From NCBI GenBank assembly GCA_000442015.1, contig KE560866.1, forward strand, positions 1-51,174: a stretch of DNA of 51,174 bases, read 5' to 3'. The translations under genes and the position numbers were made by a program. The stretch comes from Rozella allomycis CSF55. Taxonomy: Eukaryota. The notes beneath the pieces were generated by a model that had not been told where the DNA came from, searched no databases, and was given only the letters and a program-made list of their open reading frames with translations. Position 1 is the stretch's first letter; every line of letters begins with the position of its first letter. Positions 25,095 through 37,494 of this stretch are shown here, piece after piece.

Positions 25095-25225
25095 GTGTGG
25101 TATTCGTTAAAGGGGTTTCGATGAAACGAGGGGATTTATAGAGTGGGGATAACGTGTTTTAAACCAATCAAATATGAAACATTGGTACCCCACAAAAACT
25201 AAAATTAGAATTATTTATTAAAGAT

Positions 25226-27658
25226 TTAAAATAGATCATTTGACATGCTTTTATCATTTTTCTTTTTATGCAAAGCTGCGACAAAGTCTTGAATGGAGAC
25301 TACGCGGTCTTTTCCTTCGGGCTTGTTTCTGCGAACATTTACAGTTCCATCAGTTTCTTCTTTACCACCAACGACAACGATGATATTGTATTGTTCTTGC
25401 TGAGCATTTCTTACTTTTTTATTCAAAGTCAAATCAGAGAGATCGGCATCAACAAAGAAGCCTTCATCGTGAAGTGTTTGGCGCACCTAAATTTAAGTGA
25501 ATAATAAACCTTACTTTGGAAGCATAGTCGAATTGAGCAGCGCTGACAGGAACGATGCAAACTTGGCGTGGAGATAACCAAAGAGGCCATTTTCCAGCAA
25601 AGTTTTCAGTGAGAATAGCCATCATTCTTTCAACAGATCCAAGAATGGCACGATGAATGATAACTGGCCTTTCAAAAGCATTTTCACCAGATTTTGCAGC
25701 TCTTAAACTTAATTTGAGTTGCTCTCTTTACTTGAAGTATTTCAATTCAAACCGCTCTGGTAATTGAAAGTCCAATTGAATTGTAGCGCATTGATGTTTT
25801 CTACGATGGGCGTCTTCAATTGTAATATCAATCTAAATAAATTCTATTTTGTAAATTTACTTTTGGTCCATAAAATGCACCATCTCCAGGGTTCAACGTC
25901 CAAGGGAATTTTGAATCATTCAAAGATTGTTCCAAACGCTAAAATTGTTGATCACATTTTAAATTTACTTTTTCAGCTTCTTCCCAAGTTTTCAAATCAC
26001 CCAAATAGTTTTCAGGGCGGGTAGAGAGTTTCAAGTAGAAATTGAAACCAAAGATTCCGTAAACATGCTTCAAGAAGTCCAAACAATTTGTTATTTCTTC
26101 AGTAAGCTAAATTGTTTACAGAATCGTTATCTTACTTGATCAACTCTGCAAAAGATGTGGGCGTCATCTTGTTGAAATCTTCTAACGCGAGTCAATCCAG
26201 AAAGTGCACCAGAGTATTCGTTGCGATGCAAAACACCAAAATCAGCAAATCTAATAGGAAGCTCTCTATAAGAACGTTCACGATGTCCAAACATCAAACA
26301 ATGACCAGGACAGTTCATTGGTTTCAATCCCATTTGTTCTTTCTCAACGTCAAAGGTAAACATGTTTTCCTAAATTTTTGTGTTGGCTTTGAAATTTACT
26401 TTATACTTTTGCCAATGCCCTGAAATTTCCCATAGCTTGGAGTTGTAAATGTTGGGAGTTATAACTTCAGAAAATCCTCTCTTTCTATATTCACTTGATT
26501 AAAATACGAAATTAAAAAATTACCCTTTAATGAAGTCAATCAAAGTATTGTAAATTCTTGCTCCATGAGGAAGAAAGAAACAAGACCCTGGCGAATATTC
26601 ATGGAAAAAGAATAGCTCTTGCGCAGCTCCTATCTTTCTATGATCTCTTTTATCAGCTTCCTCTAAAAACTTTTTGTATTCTTTCAATTGTTTAGCATCT
26701 GGAAATGAAACACCATAAACTCTTTGCAATGATTCATTCTTAGAATCACCTAAAAAGTACGAACTAGAATTCTTTAAAACTTCAAATGCCTTGATGACTG
26801 AAGTGCTGCGAACATGAGGACCACGACAAAGATCAATCAATGGACCGCAGCGATAAACAGTACTTTTCTCTCCATCAGCGATCTTTTCTTTATTAATTAT
26901 CATCACATTGATTTACCTTGAATAAATTGTTGCTTGAATTTATTGTATTTAAACATTTCCAATAATTGCTCTTTGGATAATTCTAAACGCTCGAATGGGA
27001 GATTGGCCTTAGCAGCATCACTTGCTAATCCATTCAACGCAGAAAAATCATTTGGACTAACAGATCCTTCCATTCCCATGTCATAAAAGAATCCTTCGTC
27101 AGTGGGTGGCCCATGAGATAAATGAGCTTTGTAGTTCAATTCGCACACAAGCCCTAACAAATGAGCACTGGAATGCCAAAAAGCATCTTTTCCTATAAAA
27201 TCACAATGATTTAATAAATTTACCTTCTTTCGTATCAAAGTCAAGAAATTCGATTATGGAATCTTTTTCCAAAGGTCTCTCCAAATCAAAAGGCTGTCCA
27301 TTAACTTTGGCAACAATAGTTTTGTAAGCAAGATTCTTGTCAAGTTTCATCGCAATATCAAATGGAGTTGTTTTCCATGATTCTCCTTCAAATTCACGTC
27401 CATCAAGTAATCCGATCTTAATAGCCTTCTTTTCTTGCTCTAAATGTAAAAAATATAATAATATAAATACTCCCTAACCATTCATTGTAAATTTTCTTTT
27501 GTTCATCAAAGATTTTAATTCGGTGTTCCAAAAAGGAAGGGATTTCCTTCTAATCATATAGAAGACTTAAATATAATTACAACATGCTTGCTTTTAATAG
27601 TAAACCAAGCAGGGAACGAGTTTTCAATCGCCATGTTTTGCATTTGCTCTTCAACCAT
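25226..27658 (-). CDS. THS1: Threonyl-tRNA synthetase, cytosolic type, multi-exon
   Basis: TGS domain, [58 protein letters not shown], anticodon-binding domain. Confidence 0.97.
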
Positions 27659-27719
27659 TCTCTTCAATAGAAAAAAACTTTTTCGGAAAAGAATTTTTGC
27701 GAAATTTCAAGATGCAATT

Positions 27720-29872
27720 TCAATCAAAAAAGTTTTTATTATTTGTTTTGCCAACATTAGCAGGTGTTCTTACAATTGTTGTTGCCTTTGTTTCATTATT
27801 ATTTTTGGTTCTTGTTGAACCCAAAAGCTGCACTCTATCCTCGTCGTTTAGATTGGTGTCTTTTTTAAAGTACTTGCCCAAAATTTTCTCTCTCTGCTCG
27901 CTGTAATTAAACTTTGCTTTTTCTGTGGTGTTTGCAACCAATGAAGTAGGTTTAGTATTTGAGGCGCCCAAACCTAACTTGCGCTCTTGTATTTGTCTCA
28001 CTAGTAATGATAATTTAAATCTTAAATTACTTCTTGCCACCAATTCTTTGCCATCTTCACCTTCCCGATTATTTTTTCCAAAGAAGAATTCTTCAATGCC
28101 GAGAATATGTAAAACTCGACCATACATTCTAAAAGCAACCACAACACAAAAATTAAAGCCATTATAATTGGTATGTATCCATTAAAGTTTTTTCCAACAA
28201 GAGGTGCGAGGTCAATTCTGCCCAAAATCTAATTCTAATTAGAATATAAAACAAACCTTTGAGAATTGTGTGGGAGTATCAGAATTAATTTCATCTATCA
28301 TATTTAAATAGTTATAACTTAATGAAAACCCGATTCTGCAGAAGTAACTAAAAATATATTTGATGTTTCATTACTTTGCGGCGAAGAGGAGTGATCTTTC
28401 GTCAGTGTTATGCCTCGGAACCAATCTATATAGGCTAAATATTCTAATCTTAAATAAACTATAATAACAGCAAAATGCCATATAAATAACGGAAAGGAAG
28501 GACACAATCTGGTTATCATTTGATGTGGTACCTTACTTCGATGCCTGACATTGTAATATGGTTTGAATGAATAAGAAAGCTGAAAATAGACAAATCAATC
28601 GGTTCATAAAATAAAGTCACTTCACTCCAGATTATGGACAAACTCATCAGAGCAAAGACAATACTTAGAAGCCTCATAAAATGAGACTCTAGTTTACAGT
28701 ACCAAATCCATTCTTTCTCAAAATAAAAACTAACGTTACCTAAATGCGCCAAAATTTTGTTAGCGGGGGGTTTGTGAATTCCCGACTTTATAATTCGTTC
28801 GGGACTATTATTGCAATTTAGAACATCCTCTAAGAATAAGACTTTTTCCAATGTTATATCCCATAAACTAATTAATATAACGTTAATATAGTACCACTGA
28901 TTCCTTGCAACAAAACGGAGTCCACGTCGAACTCTGTGATTCAGAGATATTAAATACGGCTTATCAATATGGTTGGGTATCTTGATATTGCTGTACGTCG
29001 TCGAATAATTCTCCGGTAAAACACTGGCCTGAGTTATTGAATATTAATGGGCAAACCTTTCTTATAAGTCTTTGAGCGTAAGCTTTCAGTGGCTCGGGTA
29101 TATCTTTCCGCTTCTTCATTTCCCTTATTTCAGCTAACGCATCCTCATAGTCTCCAATGGAATCATCCAATTCTTCTTTTACTTTTGGTGCCTCAAATTG
29201 CATTCGGAGAAGCCATGCCTTTTTGTTAGCTTTATTCCAAAAACTCCTCGGTACTTCAACTAAACCATATCCCAAAAACATCACTAACAGCAGCATACCC
29301 CAAGCGTTCGACAAAGCCATAACAAAACTAATCAAAGTCTGGTATGTGTTCAATTTGACAACGGCAATCAAATAAATAAGAAATCCCAACCCAACTACTC
29401 CAAGTGAGGAATAATATATAGCATTGTATTTAATGGATGACCATAATTTTGATCTCATTGTGAACTCTCCGTTGTCCACGTATCCCATCAAGATAGGAAT
29501 TATAAGCCAAGTAGAGAAGAAAGTGTTCCAATACGATATAGTCCAAATAATCTTTAAAACATTCGGGTCAATAAAAGTAGAGGGCTCAGTACAATTGTCT
29601 TGAAAAGGCGTCGTAAAGTTACCGCTACTCCATTCTTGTTTTCGTTGTAAGCAATTCAAATATCTAGCCTTTATGAAAGTCTTAAATTATTTTCTTACTG
29701 ATGAAAGATCTATTGGTAACAGAAATATTATGCACAGTGAAAAGAACCATGCCATGAATACGATTATCGCCACAAACCATCTTGTTCTCTTCCAAGATCC
29801 ATACTGGTAGACTAAAAATATTGTTAAACTCAGAACAAATGTAGATGCTAAACCAAATATCGCATACCCCAT
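27720..29872 (-). CDS. LMBRD2: LMBR1 domain-containing protein 2 (LMBRD2-like), multi-exon
   Basis: AWFFS..IIFLLPIDL, W.ISYW..F..TW.IIP, N.IYY, SNAWG..L...LGYGLVEVPR, IIWSEVT, RLCP, FNGYIP. Confidence 0.88.
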
Positions 29873-29950
29873 GTTGTTATTATGAAAATTTCAAGGGCTA
29901 AATATAGCGCGAAGACCTATTTTTGACATGCATAATTATTTGCGACAGAA

Positions 29951-30811
29951 ATGAAACACACCCCTATGAGAATAATATTTCTTTTAGCTGTACTAGTAAA
30001 TACGATATATAGTGCACCCTTACCAGCACCAGCACCACAGCCATCTCCTCAAGGTTTCTGGGCGATGCAAGGGATATTTGGGGCTGCTGGCATGATTCAA
30101 GGGTTTACAGCCAAAAATCAGGCTATAGTTGAAGGGCAGAAACAATCAATGAAAGCGGCGCAAGAATATGCGGCAACAGAAAATTATCATGCGATGATGG
30201 ATTTAAATAGAGCCAAATCGTCTGCGGCTTCTTCGGTTGGCCGGATGCAAACAATGGACAATAATCTTGCTGGAAGTACTCAGAGTTCGTTATTTGACGA
30301 ACTGGCCAATGAAGGTGTAGTCGACCCATCTTTGGCACCTAACCTGCAAACGTATAAGCAAACCGGAAATACGTATAGGGCTGATCCAACAGACTTTATT
30401 GGCACGTTTGCTACTTCCAAAGCTGTAAGCTCTGGTGCCAATGCGCAAAGTAATATTAAGGATTTACATGCGCGAATGTTACAGGAACAAAAGGAAGCAG
30501 ACGAACAAAAGAAGTTAGCTCAAGCTAATGCATTGAGATCTCAAGCAAGTATGCAAGATCCCACCATGCAAGGGCATAGTGCAATCGCCCAACCCGATTA
30601 TTCACAGTTGGCTAATACCCAAATGCAAAGTGGCCAAATGCCAATAAGTGCTCAAATGCAAATGCCTGGTGGTTCACAAAGTCCAAGCAATATTCAGATG
30701 CCAAGTGGCCAAATGCTAAGTGGTTCTCAAATGCAAATGCCCAGCGGCACACAAATGCCAAGTAATATTCAGATGCCAACCCAATTCGCACCCATGTCCG
30801 GCGGCTATTGA
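29951..30811 (+). CDS. Putative secreted Gln/Met-rich protein, intronless
   Basis: Signal peptide from Met at 29966, APLPAPAPQP, QMP-rich repeats. Confidence 0.75.
   Translation: MKHTPMRIIFLLAVLVNTIYSAPLPAPAPQPSPQGFWAMQGIFGAAGMIQGFTAKNQAIVEGQKQSMKAAQEYAATENYHAMMDLNRAKSSAASSVGRMQTMDNNLAGSTQSSLFDELANEGVVDPSLAPNLQTYKQTGNTYRADPTDFIGTFATSKAVSSGANAQSNIKDLHARMLQEQKEADEQKKLAQANALRSQASMQDPTMQGHSAIAQPDYSQLANTQMQSGQMPISAQMQMPGGSQSPSNIQMPSGQMLSGSQMQMPSGTQMPSNIQMPTQFAPMSGGY
30620..30769 (+). repeat. Two imperfect 75-bp (25-aa) coding tandem repeats
   Basis: QMQSGQMPISAQMQMPGGSQSPSNI / QMPSGQMLSGSQMQMPSGTQMPSNI. Confidence 0.85.
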
Positions 30812-30840
30812 GAAACAATAAAATACAAAATAAAACATCC

Positions 30841-32459
30841 TTATTTATTTTTGGTAGGACTAAAAACATGTGCCCCAATCCACTGCCAAATCATATTCAC
30901 CTCTCCTTTAATGTTAGCAGTACTTGTCTTAACTCCGGTATTTCCTGAGACTTGTTTTACCACCTAATGTTAAAGGAAAGTAATATGGCTACCAAGTCCC
31001 AATCATGCTTTGCTATTAATAAATGATCTCTAAACTGATTGATAGCGATCATTGGCTCCACTCGGTGGTCTTGTCTGTGAGCTTCATCTTGTTGTGCCAA
31101 TAGAAACAATATTTCTTTAACGTAAGAATTAACTCTTTCAGTTTGTCTTTTCCTGTTTGTGTGACGAAAGTATATAAGAGACAACAAAATCGTCACGCCA
31201 ACAAATGTTATAATATACGAACTATTTTCTAGCAAATATTGATTCAAGAGACATTTAAGAGGTTGAACTTTAACAATGGAGTAATAAAATATTAATCCAT
31301 TTTTGCTTTATAAAGTAAAATAGTTCCATTACTTGACTGATTCAATGTTTGGTGAATCCAATGCTTTGGACACATACGCAACAAGGTTTTTCATGGATAC
31401 TTTGAGTTTAAATTTTTCTTTTACAATCTTCAAAATTTCTTTTTCACTTAACATTGTCGTTGACCTGCTTTCGCAATAATCTTTTCCAGCTATGAGACCA
31501 AGTTCTTGTTCCACAATAGATGAAACTTTTTCAATCAATAATTGTTCATTTTTATCCGGTGCGCAATACTTTCTTAACGTATAAATTGGTGAATATTCAT
31601 GATATCCAATTTCACAAGTTAACGTAGAATCTTTGCAAGTTCCTCTTTTGGGGCAAGGAATACATTTTCTATTCAAAATTTCTTTTTAACATAAACGCAC
31701 ATTGATTACCAATCAAATTCGGATTAATCCTTTCTTCGCAAAATGGAAAAGGTGAAACAACTTTAAAGTAGAAAAATGTTCCAATGGAAGAGAAAAAAGC
31801 AACAAAAATTAATATTCGCAAAATTAAACCACAAAAAGTTGATTTTCTTTTAATTTTTTCGGGCTTATGCATCCCCAGTTCTTGGTACTTGATTTCCTTG
31901 GTCTTTATCGGTCCAAAGGGACTTTGTAACAAGATGGGATTCTCGCTATCTTCATTATTGCTTGTTAATGAGTCTTCGACTATTCTTTTCTTTCCTTTTG
32001 CTTGAGGAGACTTTAAAACCTTTTTAAGCAAAGGTTCCTCCTCATTCTTGGGTGTTTCCACAATCGTTTTCCTAGTCCTACGACGCCTTGGCGATATTAA
32101 TTCAATTTCATTTTCTGAACCACTTTGGAATGGATTATCATTGCTAAAATTCTCTATTGGTTCCTCCTTTTCCTCTATTAAGTTTATATCCTCCTTACTT
32201 GTCTTTTTGTTGACTTGGTTGGGGGCGTCGTCATTGTGTGAATTCTTTTTATACCCTCCTTGCTAGGTTTAATATTCAAACGCTCCTGAATCAACTTTTC
32301 CCTATTTGCAACGATTGTAGATTCAAATAAATCTATCAGCTCCTGTTTTTTCATTTGCATATTAGCATTTTCGCCATTCGCATTTAAAATTGACACAAGT
32401 TCGCTCTTGGTCTTGCTGGAGGGTTTATAACCTTCTTGCAAAAATGGAGGCAAATCCAT
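30841..32459 (-). CDS. SRC1: Inner nuclear membrane LEM/HeH + MSC domain protein (Src1/Heh1/Man1)
   Basis: N-terminal HeH (FLQEGYKPSSKTKSELVSILN..KKQELIDLF), NPFQSG, two TMs, CIPCP..GTC, C-terminal WQWIG. Confidence 0.88.
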
Positions 32460-32705
32460 TCCCAAAATTTCTAAATATTGTGACCCAAAGACAATCACAT
32501 AAAGCAATGAGGAAATGTCGTAAAATAAAATACTCAGTCCCCTCTTATTAATCGAAATTGGATTAGAACAATGCCTTAAGATTTTTGTTGTGCCAAATCT
32601 TATTGTTAAGAATTGCAAATAAATGGAGTACTTTATTTTTATTCTTTGTTTTTCATATCATTTCATGATCAAAGTGACGATGATTTTTTGAAAGCTTATT
32701 GATCG

Positions 32706-34768
32706 ATGGCAGCATCTACTCATCCAAGTTATGCTACAATGATTTATTCTGCTTTTGAGTACAAAAGTACAGATACTCTTCATTATCTGTCTTTGAGGAA
32801 CTTTGTAAAGACACATTTTGGTACGAATTATCTTTCTACCAATCATTAGGGTCTCTATACAACCTCCCTGCTTCTTGGAGTAGAGGACTTTTAAATGCTA
32901 CCAAGAAATTGGCTTCAAGGGGATTTCTGAAAAAGGTTAGGAAGCTTCATTATGAGATTAACCATGATGCTGATTGGGATCATGTTGTCTCACCAGTTTC
33001 CACTTTCATTGATGATGATCATGCTGTTCGAATTCATAAATTAAAGAAGATTAAAGTTGAAAGACCCATTGACCTATGCAGAAATGTCGACAGTGGGGTT
33101 GGAACTGAAGGGGACGTTTATGACGAATCATGGCAAAAACAATCACAAAAATTAGACGATTTGATAAAAGAAATCCAAGAATATGAAACGGTTTTGGGAG
33201 AAGCCAACCAAAAATTACGTTGGAGTCTGGATGAATTGGATGCTGAGAGAAAAGAGAAAGATCGAATCACAACAGAGAAAAATTGCTTGAATAGTAGAAT
33301 TGAAGAATTGATCAAAAGTTTGACTCTGACCAAAGACGAAAATGCAAAATTAAAAAGGTACCAACATGAATTTAGAGTATAAGCCAGCGAACTTGAAAAT
33401 GTCAACCAAAGAAAATTATGTGAGCATAACAAGTTAATGGAAATGGAGAAGAAAATTTCAGATTTGGATGAAATGAATAAAGCTTTGATTAGGTAAATGA
33501 TACCAAAAACATTTGAGAGTGTCAATACTAAGTTAATGGAAGATGTGGAGCAAAAGGATATAGTAATATCCAAAGTAAAAAATGATTATGAAGTGTCGTG
33601 TATTGAAACAAGTACTATACACGAAAATCAACTTGGAGAATTGAAAGCAAAACTTGCACATTGCGAGAGAGAATTGTTAAAAAATGACATGAAATGTGAA
33701 GAATTAAATCAGAAGCTATTAAAGTAACTCAAACGTTATAAATCTAACGAGGGATGTAAGAGAAAAGGAAGAATTACTTGACTTGGTTCTGAAGGTAGAG
33801 AGTGAGAAAGAGATATACGCCAAGAAATCTTCTGATTTTGAAAAATCTTTAATTGAATTGAAAAATGAAAACGATCGTTTGAAGAATGCCGTGCATGAGC
33901 AAGAGGATGAAATCTCCGACCTGAATTCGCTTTTGTCTGGAAAGGAGAAACAATTAAGCAAAAATGAAAATGAAATCTCAGAGTTACAGATGCTCCTCGA
34001 ATCTAATGAAGATTTGAATGCGCAAAATTTAAAGTCTCTTAAAAAGTAAACTTGATCACTTGCTATGAAAAAAGTGAGTTAGGCAAAATGAGCGAAGCAC
34101 ACAACACATTGCTTGAATCCAGCCAAAGTACAGTAATGATGTTTGTACTTGATATTCAGATAAATGATATGAAATTGTTGCTTTCTCAAAAAGATGAAGA
34201 AATTAATAACCTTGTTCTACAAATGCAACAACAAAAGAATCAAATCGAAAACTATGCCAATAATGTACTCACGCAATCTATAAATAATCTCAAAGAAGAT
34301 TATGGCTTAAAGATGCAACAAAAAGAAGATGAATTGTCCAAGAGACATTTGGATGAGTTGAACGATACGAAGAACAAATACGAAGCTATGCTACAAGATT
34401 TGCAAATGAAGCGAGAATTTGAAATCAAGGCTATGATTTTGGACTTTGAGAAGAATGTCGAAACCATCAAAGACACCTTATTGAAGGAGTGTGATCAGAA
34501 AATTAAGAATGAAGTTTCACGCAAAAACCTTGAAAAAGAACAAGAAATTATCAAAGCAAATGAAGAGAGTGAAAAACGAATCAATCAAGTTCGATTGGAA
34601 TTGGAGCGAAAAGTCGAAGAAATTTTGAACGCAAAGTCGCATCAAGAACTGATTCTTTCAGAGGAATTGCATTCCAGTGAAAGGGAAAATGAAAGTTTGA
34701 AATCTTTTATAAATTCTACTGTCGAAGGCTTAAAATCCATAATTTCAACTGCGGAAAAAAACTTATGA
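32706..34768 (+). CDS. Linker-histone (H15)-like winged-helix domain fused to a long coiled coil, multi-exon
   Basis: Exon 32706-32820 plus 29-nt intron (32821-32849) joins in frame to ORF 32909: HPSYATMIYSAF..SLRNFVKTHF..LLNATKKLASRGFLKKV; the rest is heptad-rich E/K/L/N. Confidence 0.7.
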
Positions 34769-34783
34769 AAGAGCAATAAATAT

Positions 34784-36229
34784 TTATTGGAGATTTTTTT
34801 CGTCTTCGATTTCTTTCTTCTTGCTCAGGTTTACTAAATCCTCAAGAACTCTCGTCTGATTTCCATAAGAATTCTGATTCAGTTCCAGGGAGGCAATCAA
34901 TTGATAATATGTTTTGAATAAATCTTTAACTCTATAATTCGTTCCATATGAGTAAATTACTCTTTGTTATTTATGCCATAATATGAATCGATCATTTTTT
35001 CGTCAACAAGGCCTTCAAATGATGGCTTTGTAGAGGTTTTCCCATCGATCTCTAAAGATTCATCTATTTCCAAATAATTTGTAGAGTTTTCTTCTTGTCT
35101 TTTGCCCTGTTTCGTGGACCTTCTCAATTTCGCTTTCTTTTTCTGAGAGTTGGCAACAGTTTTGTTTTGCTGCAAATTGTTCACCAAAATGGCAGTAAAC
35201 AAGCTTTCTTTTCATGTTGTTGTTAGTTACTTTATAAATATGAATGATTCCAATAGGATAAATGATAAAAGGAAGATGAAAATATTTGTTCCCGGGCTCC
35301 CAGACACCAAGTCGTACCTAAAATATTAACAGATGCTATATACCAATTATCTAAAGTAATTAAAGCAAATAGACGGAAAAATGTTTTTTCGAGTGTTCCA
35401 AAATGATCCGGATCTGTTTCAGCGTACAAATGCCTTCCAATCATTGTAAAAATAACTATAAAATTCAACGAATGAATATACAGAAGACAATAAGAGCCAG
35501 AAAAACAATATTTCCAATAGCCGGTAATGACCTGAATAAAGTTTTCAAAACCATAGACAAGGACTGGATAAACTTTATCGATCTCAGTGACTTTAGAGAT
35601 CTCAACGCTCGTAAAGCTCTAAATAATCTAAGAAATCTGAAAAAATCGGTATTTATCATCCTGGAATTGGACACAATAGACGGAATAAAAAGTGAAACTA
35701 ATGATGAAACAACAATAATAAAATCTATCATTCCATATTAACAAATAACGTTACCAAAAATATTCCATGCAGATTTAAAGTATCTATAATCAAAAATGAT
35801 CATTTTAACAAGCATCTCAGTCAAGTATATACCCAACAGAAAATTGTCCAAGATAGTCAAGTAGAAACTAAGAGTATACATCGCACTAGTAGCTTCCAAA
35901 GCTGTCATTATAGTATTAATAACAATGACCACCATTATGATAGAATCCAGCTTGATTATTTCGGTGACCCTCCACAAATTTCTTTGCAAAGGGTGAGCTT
36001 GGTTCATTCTTGTTTCCAACTCAATTCTTTCATCTTTTTCCATCTTTCCAGTTGTTGATGTCTGCGAAAAGGCAGATATGACCGAATTGTTATCAGACGA
36101 CATTGATTTCATTTCGTCGCCAGTTTCAAGACCTGAATACGACATTGAAGAGCCAAAGAATTCTTCATCTGAGCTAAAGTTGGTACTTTGATATCCGGAA
36201 GGCTTGTGAGACTTGAAACTCCTTGACAT
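34784..36229 (-). CDS. CatSper-type single-domain 6TM Ca2+ channel alpha subunit (CatSper1-like)
   Basis: S4 FRFLRLFRALRALRSLKSLR; pore DPDHFGTLEKTFFRLFALITLDNW (TxDxW filter); C-terminus YYQLIASLELNQ..QTRVLEDLV resembles the recalled CatSper1 tail. Confidence 0.8.
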
Positions 36230-36313
36230 TTTCAAAATATGGTACTCTTAAATTGTCTATTTTCACAAAGACTTATGAAATGTATTTAAATTTACATATG
36301 GGTGTAATACCAA

Positions 36314-36386
36314 GGCTAGTTGGCGCAACTGGTAGCGCAATCGACTCCAGATCGATAGGTTACAAGTTCGAGTCTTGTACTGGTCA
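36314..36386 (+). tRNA. tRNA-Trp (CCA)
   Basis: Acceptor stem GGCTAGT/ACTGGTC; anticodon arm ATCGA-CT-CCA-GA-TCGAT; GTTCGAGT; T-run follows. Confidence 0.95.
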
Positions 36387-36552
36387 TTTTTTTCGCCCTT
36401 TCCGAAAAGGTTGAACTGGCGATTGATCATTTTATCCAGTAGGTTAATTTGTTTATATATCTATTTACAAATAACTTTCTTTAAAAAGTACACATATTGT
36501 GTCAAACATGTAATTTCTTGTTTCAGCAATTTACCAATTTCCAATTCACGCA

Positions 36553-37382
36553 ATGCCATCCACGGAGCTCCCAAAAGTGTCCATAATAGTTCCCACTTAC
36601 AAAGAATGTGCCAATTTGGAGCCTCTAACGCAGCGCATATCAGCGTCACTCGGCAGCATTCCATACGAGCTGATCATAGTAGACGACAACTCGCAGGACG
36701 GCACATCAGAGCTCGCTTCCAAACTGTCCAAAAAGTACCCTCTCCATCTTCTCGTGCGCACCAATGAGCGCGGACTGAGTGGCGCCGTATTGCACGGGTT
36801 CGCAGCAAGCAGGGGCCAGCTGATGATCTGCATGGATGCTGATCTGCAGCACCCTCCAGAAGTACTTGGCGCGATGGTTGAACGGCTTAAAGAGAGCGAG
36901 TTTGTGATTGGCACGCGGTATATGGATGGACTGATGAAAGTTGACGAGGTATGTGGTGTGTTTTTCGGTTGGATAGGTGAGAGTGTTTTTTTCGTGGGAG
37001 ATAGGGATGGCCGGTTTATAGAAGGGTGATATCGCAGGGCGCGAGATTGATGGCGCGGCCGCTGACTGGGATGAGTGATCCGATGACTGGGTATTTTGGG
37101 ATTAGGAGGGATGTGTATGAGAGGGGAGTTCGTAGGGTCAGTGCTATAGGGTTCAAGATTTGTTTGGAGATGTATGTAAAGTGTGGTGTGAAGAAGCATG
37201 CGGAAGTTCCCATTGACTTTGGAGTTAGAGTGCATGGAGAAAGCAAATTGAGTAGCAAAGTGATAGTGAATTATTTGAAGCATTTGATTGAATTGTATTT
37301 GTACAAAATGCCAATAGTAATTGCAATGATCGGGATAATGATATTATACGTGTTGTACATGATATTTAGCAGTATTCAATAA
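36553..37382 (+). CDS. DPM1: Dolichol-phosphate mannosyltransferase (GT2) with C-terminal TM
   Basis: SIIVPTYKE, IIVDDNSQDGT, GLSGAV, MDADLQHPPE, DPMTGYF, RVHGESKL; 56-nt intervening sequence at 36949-37004. Confidence 0.9.
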
Positions 37383-37494
37383 ACGAGTATTTAATTAACC
37401 CCTTTCCCGTAAAAATCTTTCGGCAATTTCCCAAATTTCTTACCGTCGGATTCTCCAAAGAGTTTTAAAACCCTAAAAATTCCCAAATAGAAAA

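Noticed and set aside
7199-27658. Many apparently frameshifted or split genes (DBP10, EXO1, CYR1, THS1 and others)
   Set aside because: The breaks I checked are bridged by 26-30 nt GT-AG introns; no pseudogenes, programmed frameshifts or alternative code are needed.
10069-29872. Two LMBR1-family genes as a functional cluster
   Set aside because: They belong to different old subfamilies and lie 16 kb apart among unrelated genes; likely coincidence.
32658-32846. 62-aa minus-strand ORF
   Set aside because: It overlaps the better-supported plus-strand H15-like first exon.
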